Assembly: GCA_965285935.1 (NCBI GenBank)
Contig: OZ260661.1
Coordinates: 130,820,001-130,884,000 of the forward strand
Direction: 5' to 3'
Length of the DNA: 64,000 nt
Origin: Ophelia neglecta
Lineage: Eukaryota
Shown here piece by piece: positions 30,801 to 41,900 of the stretch. The notes under the pieces are model-generated. The model was given only the letters and a program-made list of their open reading frames with translations. It was not told the origin of the DNA and made no database searches. Position 1 is the stretch's first letter. Each line of letters starts with the position of its first letter. A program made the position numbers and the translations under genes.

Positions 30801-31775
30801 TGGCCCATGTCATATCGGATTGTTATAAAAACCATCAAATGAACTACCCATTACAACTAAATTGAATACAGATCTGATAGAGTTCTCTACGCAAACGCGA
30901 TATTTGTGCTAAGCTTGGTAGCCATGACTGTAGGATATTCAGTCAGTCTACGGTAGCTATTGTTGATTTGACATCTTGAAAACGTTTGCATCAATTAACA
31001 AACATTCTTGACTTCAGTTCAGTCAAGAGGGTGTCATATTCTTAAATAAATAGATTTCAGTCCTAATTCTCAAAGAGTTCAGTGTCAAAGTGTTTTTTCA
31101 GTACACTTACGACAACTCACAGCATGGCTTATTTTACTTTCAAAACATTAACGCCGCAATATTGCATAGTAAATATCATACTGAAAAAGGATTCTTAAAT
31201 ACATGGTATATATTCGGCGAAAATAGTGATGTGATATCTTGAGGAAGTTATCATACACGCCCGCTAAATAGGAGAATTGCCATCCATCAAGACATGTTCC
31301 GCGTCAATATGAAAAGCAGACGACAAGCCGTGGTGACCAGATACGAGACTGAGGGATGGCATTTTAAAACTAAACGCAAGCTAATTCCAACCTGAATATG
31401 GGTGATATTTATTTTATTTTGAGTATACTGGACAGACACGAAACTTAACGCGTAGCTTGCCTGGCAAATTCAGGAGCCTGGAGACATTTGCCCGCCAGAA
31501 AGGGCTGATGGTGAATGGCCGCTAGGCGGAGCCAGTCACTGAGAACATAGGCACTAAAATAGACTAAAGTGGAACCCGGAGTGGGACTTCTCCAACCCAA
31601 GGCTAGAAATTAAATATGTGATGATTCATCATCGGGCGATATTAAAACGGTCCTACTTGACTCACCGCAACATGCGTTTGAGTAGGGGAGGGTTGATGGG
31701 AGGGTGGGGGGGGGGGGGGGGGTACAGCTAACATTACATAGGACTATATACGACAAAGCTACAAGAGAAACTTAC

Positions 31776-31992
31776 TTGGTGAGTGTCTATATCCTGCGTG
31801 CATGGCTGCAGCTCGCTGACTTGTGTAGTAACTGGCTGGGTTTACATGGTTCGAGTTCGTGTCCATACTGCCATGGAAGAACATGTCCTGGGCCGACATG
31901 TCCCCGTCCATGCCTACTCCTACCCCCGCGCCCATCCCCGAGTGGTCGGGACGGATCCACGGGCTGCCCTGGTGCTCCTGAGCCACCTCCAT
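31776..31992 (-). CDS. GATA123: GATA1/2/3 transcription factor, first coding exon (MEVAQEHQGSPWIRPDH...YRHSP)
   Basis: ATG at 31992 gives an MEV...W start typical of GATA2/3, with an 'MFFHGSMD...YY' motif. Donor A|GTAAG after 31776; 217 nt, phase 1, matching the next exon. Confidence 0.9.
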
Positions 31993-32254
31993 CCCTCCGT
32001 GCCCCTCTCCCCCGCCGTACAGACTCTCCGTGGTGAGGCTAGGGGTATCGTGCCGGTATAGTTGCTGGCTCACTGGCTCGATCGCTCCACTCGATCTGAT
32101 CCTCCGATCTCACACACTATCACCAGGGACAAGGCTCGGACGAATCGAGAGATTCCCGGAGAAAACTTATCTGAGAATATATCGCCAAATCAAACCGTCC
32201 GATCGCAGTAATCCGGACTCACCGACGAGATGTACTCCTAGACTCGCTTGGAAG
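31993..32254 (-). other. GATA123: 5' UTR portion of the first coding exon
   Basis: Strong acceptor TTTCCTTTCTCTTTCAG| before 32254. The 262 nt down to the start codon contain no ATG. Confidence 0.7.
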
Positions 32255-32859
32255 CTGAAAGAGAAAGGAAATGTATTAAACTCTGGGTGAAATCAGACAG
32301 GAGGGAAAGGTTGTTGAATGGTTGTCAACACAGCGGTGATAAGGGGTGAAATCGCAATTTTACCGCGAAAAGTGACTCGATATCTGAGATATCAAACGCG
32401 CGGGCTAAGATAGCCCCTATCAATTTATATCGACAATCAATTCAACAACGAGTCGACTTCAGACTTGAATTCAGATGGAATGCGATATTAACAAACTTAT
32501 CCCAAGTTAAATCGCACCTACAATCCGAAAGTGTGATAAGTCGTCTTTGGTACCGGCACTATATGGTGATTATCAAAGTGATATCAGGATAGTTAGCTAC
32601 ATAATGGTAATAGTGTAGGGTTATACCATGTGATAAGATGGTATCCTAGAGTACTGAATGATACAATGGTTCCTAGAGGCTCAGGCAGGCTGCTATCATA
32701 ATCATCTCCCCGTAGTAGATAAGTCCGATACTCATATCCACAGTGCAAAGACACAAACTGAAATCTCTAGCAACTGTCACACTCTCTACGTCCCAACTCG
32801 GAATAGATGTGTGTGGAGGCGATTCATCGACAAGGAACGGTTATTCCCAGGCTTCTTCC

Positions 32860-33070
32860 CGTCTCGTTAACTGACAGGGCCGGGCGTGGGGCCGCCACGC
32901 ACTCTGCACACACATTTGTCACCGCAAACTTCCAGCAGCCAATCAGCGCAGTCGAGACATGGGTAATTTTCCGTGCCGGACGTGATACATGATAAGACGC
33001 CCACGCTGATTGGCCGATACTGATTTGTACCCGGCGTTCTCCAATTTCGCGCCTGTCAATCATGGAGACG
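32860..33070 (-). promoter_or_regulatory. Candidate proximal core promoter of GATA1/2/3
   Basis: Inr-like TCAGTT on minus (32874-32869), GC/KLF box GGGCGTGGGG (32882-32891), three CCAAT boxes (~32939, ~33009, ~33041), TGATAA at 32990, locally CpG-rich. No convincing exon-1 donor identified. Confidence 0.55.
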
Positions 33071-36000
33071 GCTTAAGCTAACTAGCACAGCGGGGTGCTG
33101 CCCTCCGAACACAGGACCCTGTGCGCAACATATGGAGGAACCACCCCACCGCGGGAGAAGCTACGCAAATTTACAATTCAATGCGCCCAGGACGACCAAT
33201 TTCACAGATTAAGGAAGTAAACAATATTAAGCCCTTCCCATCTCCGCAATCACCAGTTTTTACTACGGCAATAACAGTGTCATATTCTATTTAGCTCAGT
33301 TTTCCCGCCAGCATCAAGCTTTACGGTGACTTTCGGTTGGTCGTGCTCTGTCTTTCTGGTTTACTTTATCTGTCGGAGATCGCTGTCACCGGGTTGGCAC
33401 TGATACCCCTGACGCGGTAATTAAAATCTAATAATTATTCTAGCCGAGGACCTGTTGCGTTCTGTAGTTTTACTGGAGGAGACATGTTTGTGGGTGGGAG
33501 AATTAATCACATTATCAGCATGTTTTGTGGGTTATCTTCCAGAAGCCTTGTTATCGTGTATTATCGGAATCTCTAGAAGCCATGCCCCTGCCCCCGAAGA
33601 TTGTCATGGCTTTCAGACGCTTCCATTCACTCTCGCTTCATTGCCAGTGCATTTTCTTTCAATCAAACATGTCACCTGTCCGTCTTGAACCAAGTTTACC
33701 ATAGGCTAGCGGGGATCGGGCGTTCCCAACCAAATCTAACTTCATCTTCAACCCATGCTGTCAAAATTGCCATCGGCCATTTCACACCAATCACCAAATC
33801 AATGTTTTATTGGATCTAGACTACAAAGATTCTCATTAAAAAATCTCCTTTTATGCAAAATCCTTACACGAGTTATGTAAGTCATTCTTACGCATATAAA
33901 GCAATCAAAGTTGACTCTAATACCAAGACTTTCCCACGTTAAAATGTTATTGCATTTGCTCATTTAATTTGTGAATGGTGTATTAATAGACCGAGGGCTG
34001 GAGCATGACTCGGGGATTTTACGAGCGGCTGAGCCGCTATGTCCGCGGGGACAGTGAGGCCGAAGCAGCCCGCCCGACAGATTGTGTAGATTGCAATGTG
34101 AATTAAAATGTTGTTAGAATTACATGAACGATTGTGAGTCGATGTTGATACATGTTGTATGAGTGGATTTAGACAGACCAGAAACAAAGCTCTACTACGA
34201 TAATGTGCTTATAATTTCTGTGAAATATTTACCGTAGTTACCGGTAGTTCAGTGGCCAGATATGTGATCAGGTCATTTAAGTAACACCATGCAAATTGTT
34301 AATGTTTCCAAATCATGCTGCTGCTGTATTTTGCCAATTGAAGAGGCAATATGCCTTAGCCATAAAACGAACAGGGACACCTGACGGGCTATTGAATTTA
34401 TTGGTTATAAAAGCGGTCCCACCCCTGATTGGAAGCTGCCCACTCCCCGCCCTCAAGACATGTGTTAAACACCCGACCCCCCCCCCCCGACCCACATACA
34501 CCGGAAGCCTATGTACCAGCGGGGGACCTAGAGATCCGGAATGAAGGATCAGATACACAAAGGAGATTAACAAGAACCTTTAATGTCGGTAAACATTTCC
34601 GAACGGAAGCCCCCTCCCATTATTGAATAATATCCCCCTGTAAACGTTTTACACATTTAAAACTAACGTTATATATGTTACTTTATCATGTGGGGTTGTT
34701 TCCCACCCACCCCTCCTCCCCTCCAAAACCTCGGACATTTACCAAATGGACATCTTGCTCATCGGATGGTGGTCATTATCGATCATAAATCTCAGTTATT
34801 AATTACTAATGCCCGTTGCCCTCATTTTGTGGCCGACTTTTATTGCTTTTTTCCTCAATTTTCGCCCATTGCTCAACGTGGCCACTCCGTTCAACTATTA
34901 ATGTGCCAAAGCTTACAACATTATTTTCTACTCTGAAATTGTAAATGTGTTTGACCTCACTCCCGCTAGTTTATGCATCACTTGTACTAAGGAACAAACA
35001 CCCCCGGGCACTCCCATTAGGGCTCTGGACGTGCAACCACATTCTCTGCTGCTACTTTTAAGAAATTCTAGAGTTACAATGTGCAAGAGTAACTTAAGAT
35101 TGATGCATTTGTATTATATAATGCTATTGGTCGACAGAGCTGAAACATATGCTGGCCAGCGTGTATTCAACGCACGCCGGACGGACATCTCAGATCAAAT
35201 ATCTGGCCATTTCCAATGAATTTTGGTCGACATTTTAGCCGATTCGGGGCGGTTTAAGCCAGGATAATTTGCCGGAACGAAGCGAATGATCCTAGGGACA
35301 ATTTGGGAACTTTCTGATTTGATCTCTGACATGGTTGACAGCCTGGGTCGAGTTTTCAGTGCCCATATCGTATTAATATCGGCTCCGGTTAAGACGCGGC
35401 CACTTGAAGCCAATGACTCGGCAAATCGGCCATTTTACCGGGTCATCGACGAACGCCGTGATGCAAGATGCCGTAAACTGCGAGTGATTTTGCGACAACC
35501 CATCTGGCGCTGTTTTCTTTCCATTAGGGCTGAGACTCCGCCTGTAGTATCGCCCGTAAACCTCTCGTGTCACGGAGATCCCAAATCTGACACTTTATGA
35601 CAGCTTATAAACTACAGCTTGTGCGGATAAACGGCATCGTAAATACCCGAGGGCAGACGACACGGAATGCGGCTTAATGTCTCTGGCTTGGGAGTAGCCA
35701 CGGCCTGAATACCCCTCACCATCACTGGCCTTAAGGCAATACCATGGGACAAGTGTTTGGTGCACCAATGCAATTTGTATAAATATATCAGATAAAATGC
35801 AATTAAATAGCTCAACTTTGCTCTAGCAACGCATATAACCTTTCGCAAATATAGATTATAAGCAGCAGTCAAGAGTTTTCTAGATATTGCATGCTCTTGA
35901 AATGGTATCCAAAAAACAGCCATTATGATATTCGTCCCAATAAACTTTTATTTTAATTAGCAGTGTATGTGCCTATAACGAAGATCAATAACAATCATTT

Positions 36001-36642
36001 TCGTCTGTCCCTTCTCGTTCTCATGGAATCTCAAATACTCTTAATATTACTCAACTCGCGCATTACTTATAGTGTGAGTTACTCATAACTGTGTCGAAGT
36101 CGACTCATAAATTGTGAGTCAAGGCGTTTATGGCTTTAGGAAGTGGCTATTACCGGGCGATATCAACTCTCAAATGACTTGATTGGGGATAATCAGCGGT
36201 AATGTGTCGTTAAGACATCGCGGCACACCTGGGCTAGCAGGCTCAGATTATATGGTCAATACGGGATGGCCGGTTTGTAATAAATTACGTTATTTGGGTT
36301 TTTTTAGCCTCCTGTTGCTGAGTGACTTATTGTGGGGACCCTAAGCCAATACCTGGCTCCCATACCATACTCTATACCTCCTGTTGACAAAAATAACCTG
36401 GAAAATGGGGAGGAAATTTGAAAAAACCAACAGTGAGATGAGAAAACAATTTACTGAGGATAAATATAGTTTATGTTCCATGAATTTCTTTTTCCCAGGA
36501 ACCTTATAATATGGGCAGAATGAGGAGATGTGGGGGTAGGCAGTTGGATGGGGGGGAGGGAGTCCACATTATTGAGATATAAGTTTATAAGAATTGGGTC
36601 AGCTCCATCGGGGAGGTGTGGGAAGGCATAGCTTGCCCTCAA

Positions 36643-37694
36643 TCAGCTGACCGACCTCACCTTCCCTGTAAGCTGACCTAACCCTCCCTGTGAGCTGACC
36701 CTCAACTTCCCTGTGAGCTGACCCTCCCCCTCCCTGTGAGATGACCCTCGCCCTCCCTGTCAGCTGACCCCCACCCTCCCTGTGGGCTGACCCTCACCCT
36801 CCCTCTGAGCTGACCCTCCCCCTCCCTGTGAGCTGACCCTCCCCCTCCCTGTGAGCTGACCTCCCCCTCCCTGTGAGATGACCCTCGCCCTCCCTGTGAG
36901 CTGACCCCCACCCTCCCTGTGGGCTGACCCTCACCCTCCCTCTGAGCTGACCCTCCCCCTCCCTGTGAGCTGACCTCCCCCTCCCTGTGAGCTGACCTCC
37001 CCCTCCCTGTGAGATGACCCTCGCCCTCCCTGTGAGCTGACCCCCACCCTCCCTGTGGGCTGACCCTCACCCTCCCTGTGAGCTGACCCCCACCCTCCCT
37101 GTGGGCTGACCCTCACCCTCCCTGTGACCTGACCCTTCCCCTCCCGGTGTGCTGACCCTCCCCCTCCCTGAGAGCTGACCCTCACCCTCCCTGTGAGCTG
37201 ACCCTCACCCTCCTTTGAGCTGACCTCACCCTCCCTGTGAGCTGACCCCCACCCTCCCTGTGAGCTGACCCCCACCCTCCCTGTGGGCTGACCCTCACCC
37301 TCCTTTGAGCTGACCTCACCCTCCCTGTGAGCCGACCCCCACCCTCCCTGTGAGCTGACCCCCACCCTCCCTGTGGGCTGACCCTCACCCTCCCTGTGAG
37401 CTGACCCTCACCCTCCCTGTGAGCTGACCCTCACCCTCCCTGTGAGCTGACCCCCACCCTCCCTGTTGGCTGACCTCACCCTCCCTGTGAGCTGACCCCA
37501 CCCTCCATGTGAGCTGACCCTCCCCCTCCCTGTGAGCTGACCTCCCCCTCCCTGTGAGCTGACCCTCCCCCTCCCTGTGAGCTGACCCTCCCCCTCCCTG
37601 TGAGCTGACCCTCCCCCTCCCTGTGAGCTGACCCTCCCCCTCCCTGTGAGCTGACCCCACCCTTCCTGTGAGCTGACCCCCACCCTCCCTGTGA
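36643..37694. repeat. Minisatellite, 22-23 bp unit CCCTCCCTGTGAGCTGACCCTCA, ~45 copies
   Basis: Directly visible tandem array; period 23 measured between 37395 and 37418. Confidence 0.97.
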
Positions 37695-38822
37695 TCTTTC
37701 ACGCTCCCTATGACCTTGACCCCCATCGCCCCTGTCACACCACTCTCTTGGCTTTTTATATAGCCCGATCTGCTTCAAATTATATGCGATTCCAAGCACC
37801 TCTAATATTTTCTCCGGCGCTATCAAGACAGGGAATACAACCCTTCAAATCAAAGGTTTCTCGTATTTGTTTTAAAGACGAAAGACAAGATAGTGGACTG
37901 AGAATCCCGCACTAAGCCGTGTTGGTAGCTCCGACCTCCATTACACATGAATTCACAGTATCAAAGAGAGCTAGCGGTCTGGCATAGCGGGCAGTAGGCG
38001 TTAAATTTCCGCCTGTTCCTCAGCTCGGAGGCCTATCTTCCGCCTGGCTACCCCGGGCGGCTGCTCCATTGACCGGAGCGCCCTCCCCGAGCCCGGGGCC
38101 CCGACAGGCACCTCTCCGGCCGCTGATCGCCGCCGATAAGCCACCAGTCTCCGAGAGCCCTGATATGTATCGGCCGCTGTTTACACAACAAACGCCAGAA
38201 ATCTATCGGCAAGTTTTTCTCAGAACAACTGGGGCCAGTGTAGCATAAGTCAACAGATTTTCTGAAGAAACAAGCAACACTAAGAGTTCGGGGAAAGGCT
38301 AGTGGATCTAATCTCCACGACAAGAATAACACCTTCCTGGAGCCAACAGCTCGGGGAAATATAGTTTTGGGTGAAGTGGTAGAATGCTGCACATTTTAGA
38401 TTCTACTTCTCAACATCGTAAATATTCAAAAAATGAAATAAATCGGAATTAATCACGTTTCTTATCAAGTCCTGCCGACTAGATTATAAGCTTATTGTCT
38501 ATAGATGAATCCGAGACATTTGCTCCCCGTCATTTTGGTCAGAGTCTGACATTCGTCCCAGTACGGTTTGGAATCGCTATATCTTGAATAATTATCCTAA
38601 ATATATGTTAGAAAATGGACAACATATGTGTTATCAAATGGACAATATTTGGATGAAAAAAAGCAAAAAAATTATTTTTAAATTATATTCAAATGGTGAA
38701 CATAAATTCACGGGGTCATAAATGCTGGAATATGGCTTAATTTGGGTCGGAATGGTAGGAACACAAGGGCTGGGACCACCATATTGAGGGCGGTCAAAAT
38801 GACCGGATATCTTTAGATATAT

Positions 38823-38930
38823 GATGAATGAATGAATGAATGAATTATTTATTTAGCTGAGCATAAAAAGGTGTTGTTTAATATTATATAATATAGGGAA
38901 ATGAGTCGATCTCCAATCGGAGAAGACCAG
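38823..38930 (-). mobile_element. Possible LINE/SINE 3' tail remnant
   Basis: Minus strand AATAAATAA followed by an (ATTC)n tail. Confidence 0.3.
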
Positions 38931-41900
38931 CATATCTTTATCACTGTATAAAATATAACTCTATAAGTGTTATCATTTAGAATCTGAAAAATTGAATCAA
39001 AAAGAGGATATTTTAGCTGATCGGCCTCTTTGGCTGTTTGCTTTAACTATTGGTTAGACGCGTGGGTACAGAGGCTATGCGGAGGTCATGGATATGTCTG
39101 TCTGGAACGAAGCAAAATATTGTCGGCAATGCTAGGGCTAGGGTTTGGAGTTAAGTTTAGGTTTAGGGAAAGGGTTAGGGGTTATGTGGGTCTAGTTTTG
39201 TGGCCTTATCTCGGGATTTACCCACTGTGCAAGGCATCCGCTTTAATCAAAGGACTATAGAGGACAGTCCGAACATTTGCGGTGTTGACTGAAGTAAAAT
39301 GGTAGCTACTTAAAGTCGATGTTAATAGTTATGAACAGATCACTTTCCGGCCCATATCTCGAGGATGTGTGGCGTCCCTACTGGTGTTTGTACCGCTGAT
39401 GACAGGCTTGGACCGCCCTCAGCGGGCGACGAGACGGGGGACCTGCCAGGGGGCAGTGTCGTGCGACCGACCGGCTAGAAACACCAGACCTTCCCGGGGC
39501 GACCGCGCTCCCTCCACGGGAAAGGAAGCTACTTTCCCCCGCGGCACTCACACGACCATCATCCACCACATGCCGCGGACGGGAAATGAAATTTTCCACT
39601 AGCACCCTGCAAAGTGACAAATTAACTCATTCGCCCACCGCTACCGTTTTAACCCTAATTCCTTTATATGAAGCGGTGATTTTCTCGGCAGGTGCCCCGA
39701 ACCGGCCCTGGTTTGGCTAGGGTTAAGCCCGGGGGTAGAAGCGGATACCCATGACAGATCACCTGGTTGTTAATGTATAACTATTACTGTCCCCTCCGTG
39801 TCAAAAGTCATCTCCTCACCCGGCGTACAGCACGGGAGGTGTGACCAAATCATTACCTACACCGCCTAGAAACCCTCAGGAAAACTATCAAAATCTGACA
39901 GATATATTTAACTCTTACGCTCCCGAACAAACCCAGTTGGAGTTGAAACGTAGTTTGTAATTTTCGGTAAAATAGTTCTTTAAGTGTTGTTCCGGTATCC
40001 GCTAGCATTTCGTCTTTTCCCCTCCAGACTCCAGTTTTTCTCGGTTAAGTGCTCTTGAGTACTGTGTCTCTAAAACCCCACAAGCGACGCGTCTGTTTGA
40101 AAATAGAGTTACATTTCCTCCAAAAACAGGTTCCCTGCTGAGTCGGTGCTTTGGCCTAATGAAAGGCGCCTCTTTTTAGTGCCCAAACAACTGATAAATT
40201 TGTTATGCACGAAGTTTACGCATATCTGAATAGTGCGTAGTAAAAACGATTAAACAACATGGTTTAAGGTCAACTTACAATGTTTTCAACCTGCTATGTT
40301 AATAGATAATAGTACATTATAATTATCAAGGCAGTCGCAAGCTAAAAACTTGGAAAGTTTTGTCAATATGGAGGCGGGTCAAGTGATCATAAGGATACAT
40401 TTAGAAACATTTTTAGAGTAAATCTCAATCAAGTAAAAAAGTAAGTTCTTCAGTTGTTTCGGTGGATTTTTGTAACGGTAAACAGAAGTTTAATTGGTGG
40501 CTGTTAAAAACCATGTTGCTCCGAGATAAGCTCAGATAGCAATTAAGTTTACATTTGTTCTGAAAGTTCTGTCAATATACACATCCGGGTAGCGGTGTTA
40601 CAAAAAACAGTTGCTTTTCATTCGGGACTATAAAGCAAAGTCGTTTCTTTTGTTCAAAAGGCTAACTTATGCATAATGTTTTCAGTACATCTGTAGACAT
40701 TAATGTATATCGGTACTAAATATGCCTAGATATAAAACGCAGGCTATTTTTGTCCTCTCTGCCATGACAGTGCATGTGCCACAGTCTCGTCTGGCGGTGG
40801 ACCGCTTGACAGTAGAGACATCTGGCGGCAGTTTGCCAAACTTACTGATCTGCTAACTTGCCGCCTTTTGTACGACTGATTCCAATCGGTGGGCTTTGTT
40901 TGAGATTAGAATGGGCACGCTCCTGCAGTTATGCACAACGTAATCGATACAAAAACGACTTTTTGTTATGAACAATAAAAAAGTTTTTATCTTCTGACGA
41001 ACCTACGAGATTTACGACAACCCAAGTCAATAAATCACTGAATTGCTGATCAGTGATATCGTTAACCTTTTAATGTTAATGTTTAAACCACATGGTATAT
41101 ACATTTATACATACATACATGTACATATATATATACATGTATATATATATGTGTATATATATATTACTCGCTGGGTTGTAGACATACCAAACCAGTATTA
41201 ATTCCAATACAAAAAATGCATTATACTGCGCAAACCTTTCATTTAATCTGTACATCCAAGACGGTCTATCATGGATATATTTACAAACTAAACACTGCGA
41301 ATAAATATGGCTGTGCATCACAGTTTCCACTGATCGCCACCAGCTGGCGCCACTTGACGGCGACCACGGGCTGTGGCTCCGAGATCTACCAGAGAAAAAC
41401 ACGGTGTGAAAGACGCGCTTAAACGAGGACTTGCTAAACGCATTGCCGCTATACAGACTTTTTTAAAGTAGAAAAGCCCAGGTATGACAGTTTGGGATTC
41501 TTTTGAAATTATCTCTTTTTTTTCTATTAAAAAGATGAAAACATTGGCGATGAGTAAGCATATCCACTGAAAAAACCCATCAGATCGCCTCGCTGGATAA
41601 TAATTTGTTCAGAAAAACTAGTGCTTTAACATTCCTTCGTTTTGATGTTCCTTCATGTTGATCAAAGGAAACAAAAAACGCTTGGATACGGGTATTAAAT
41701 GATTTAAAAGTCACAATGACTATAGAAACTTTATTAATATTATGAAGCAGTCCCCAAGCCACCATTTAGACCTTATCCATGGTTAGTTAAGGCAACTACA
41801 GGTCTACTCTTGCACTTATATTGTGAATGTTCATTTTTCTCATATCATTATTTCATTTCATCTAATGTTGCTAATCTCAGGGTGAAACACGAAGGCCATT

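Noticed and set aside
36643-37694. Resemblance to immunoglobulin switch regions (AGCT plus G-runs)
   Set aside because: Compositional similarity only; no antigen-receptor segments or partner region in the window.
36702-37826. Gly-rich minus-strand ORFs
   Set aside because: Translation of the 22/23-bp minisatellite, with the same peptide in all frames.
39131-39183. Degenerate TTAGGG-like repeats, possible interstitial telomere
   Set aside because: Too short and degenerate; more likely low-complexity or repeat interior.
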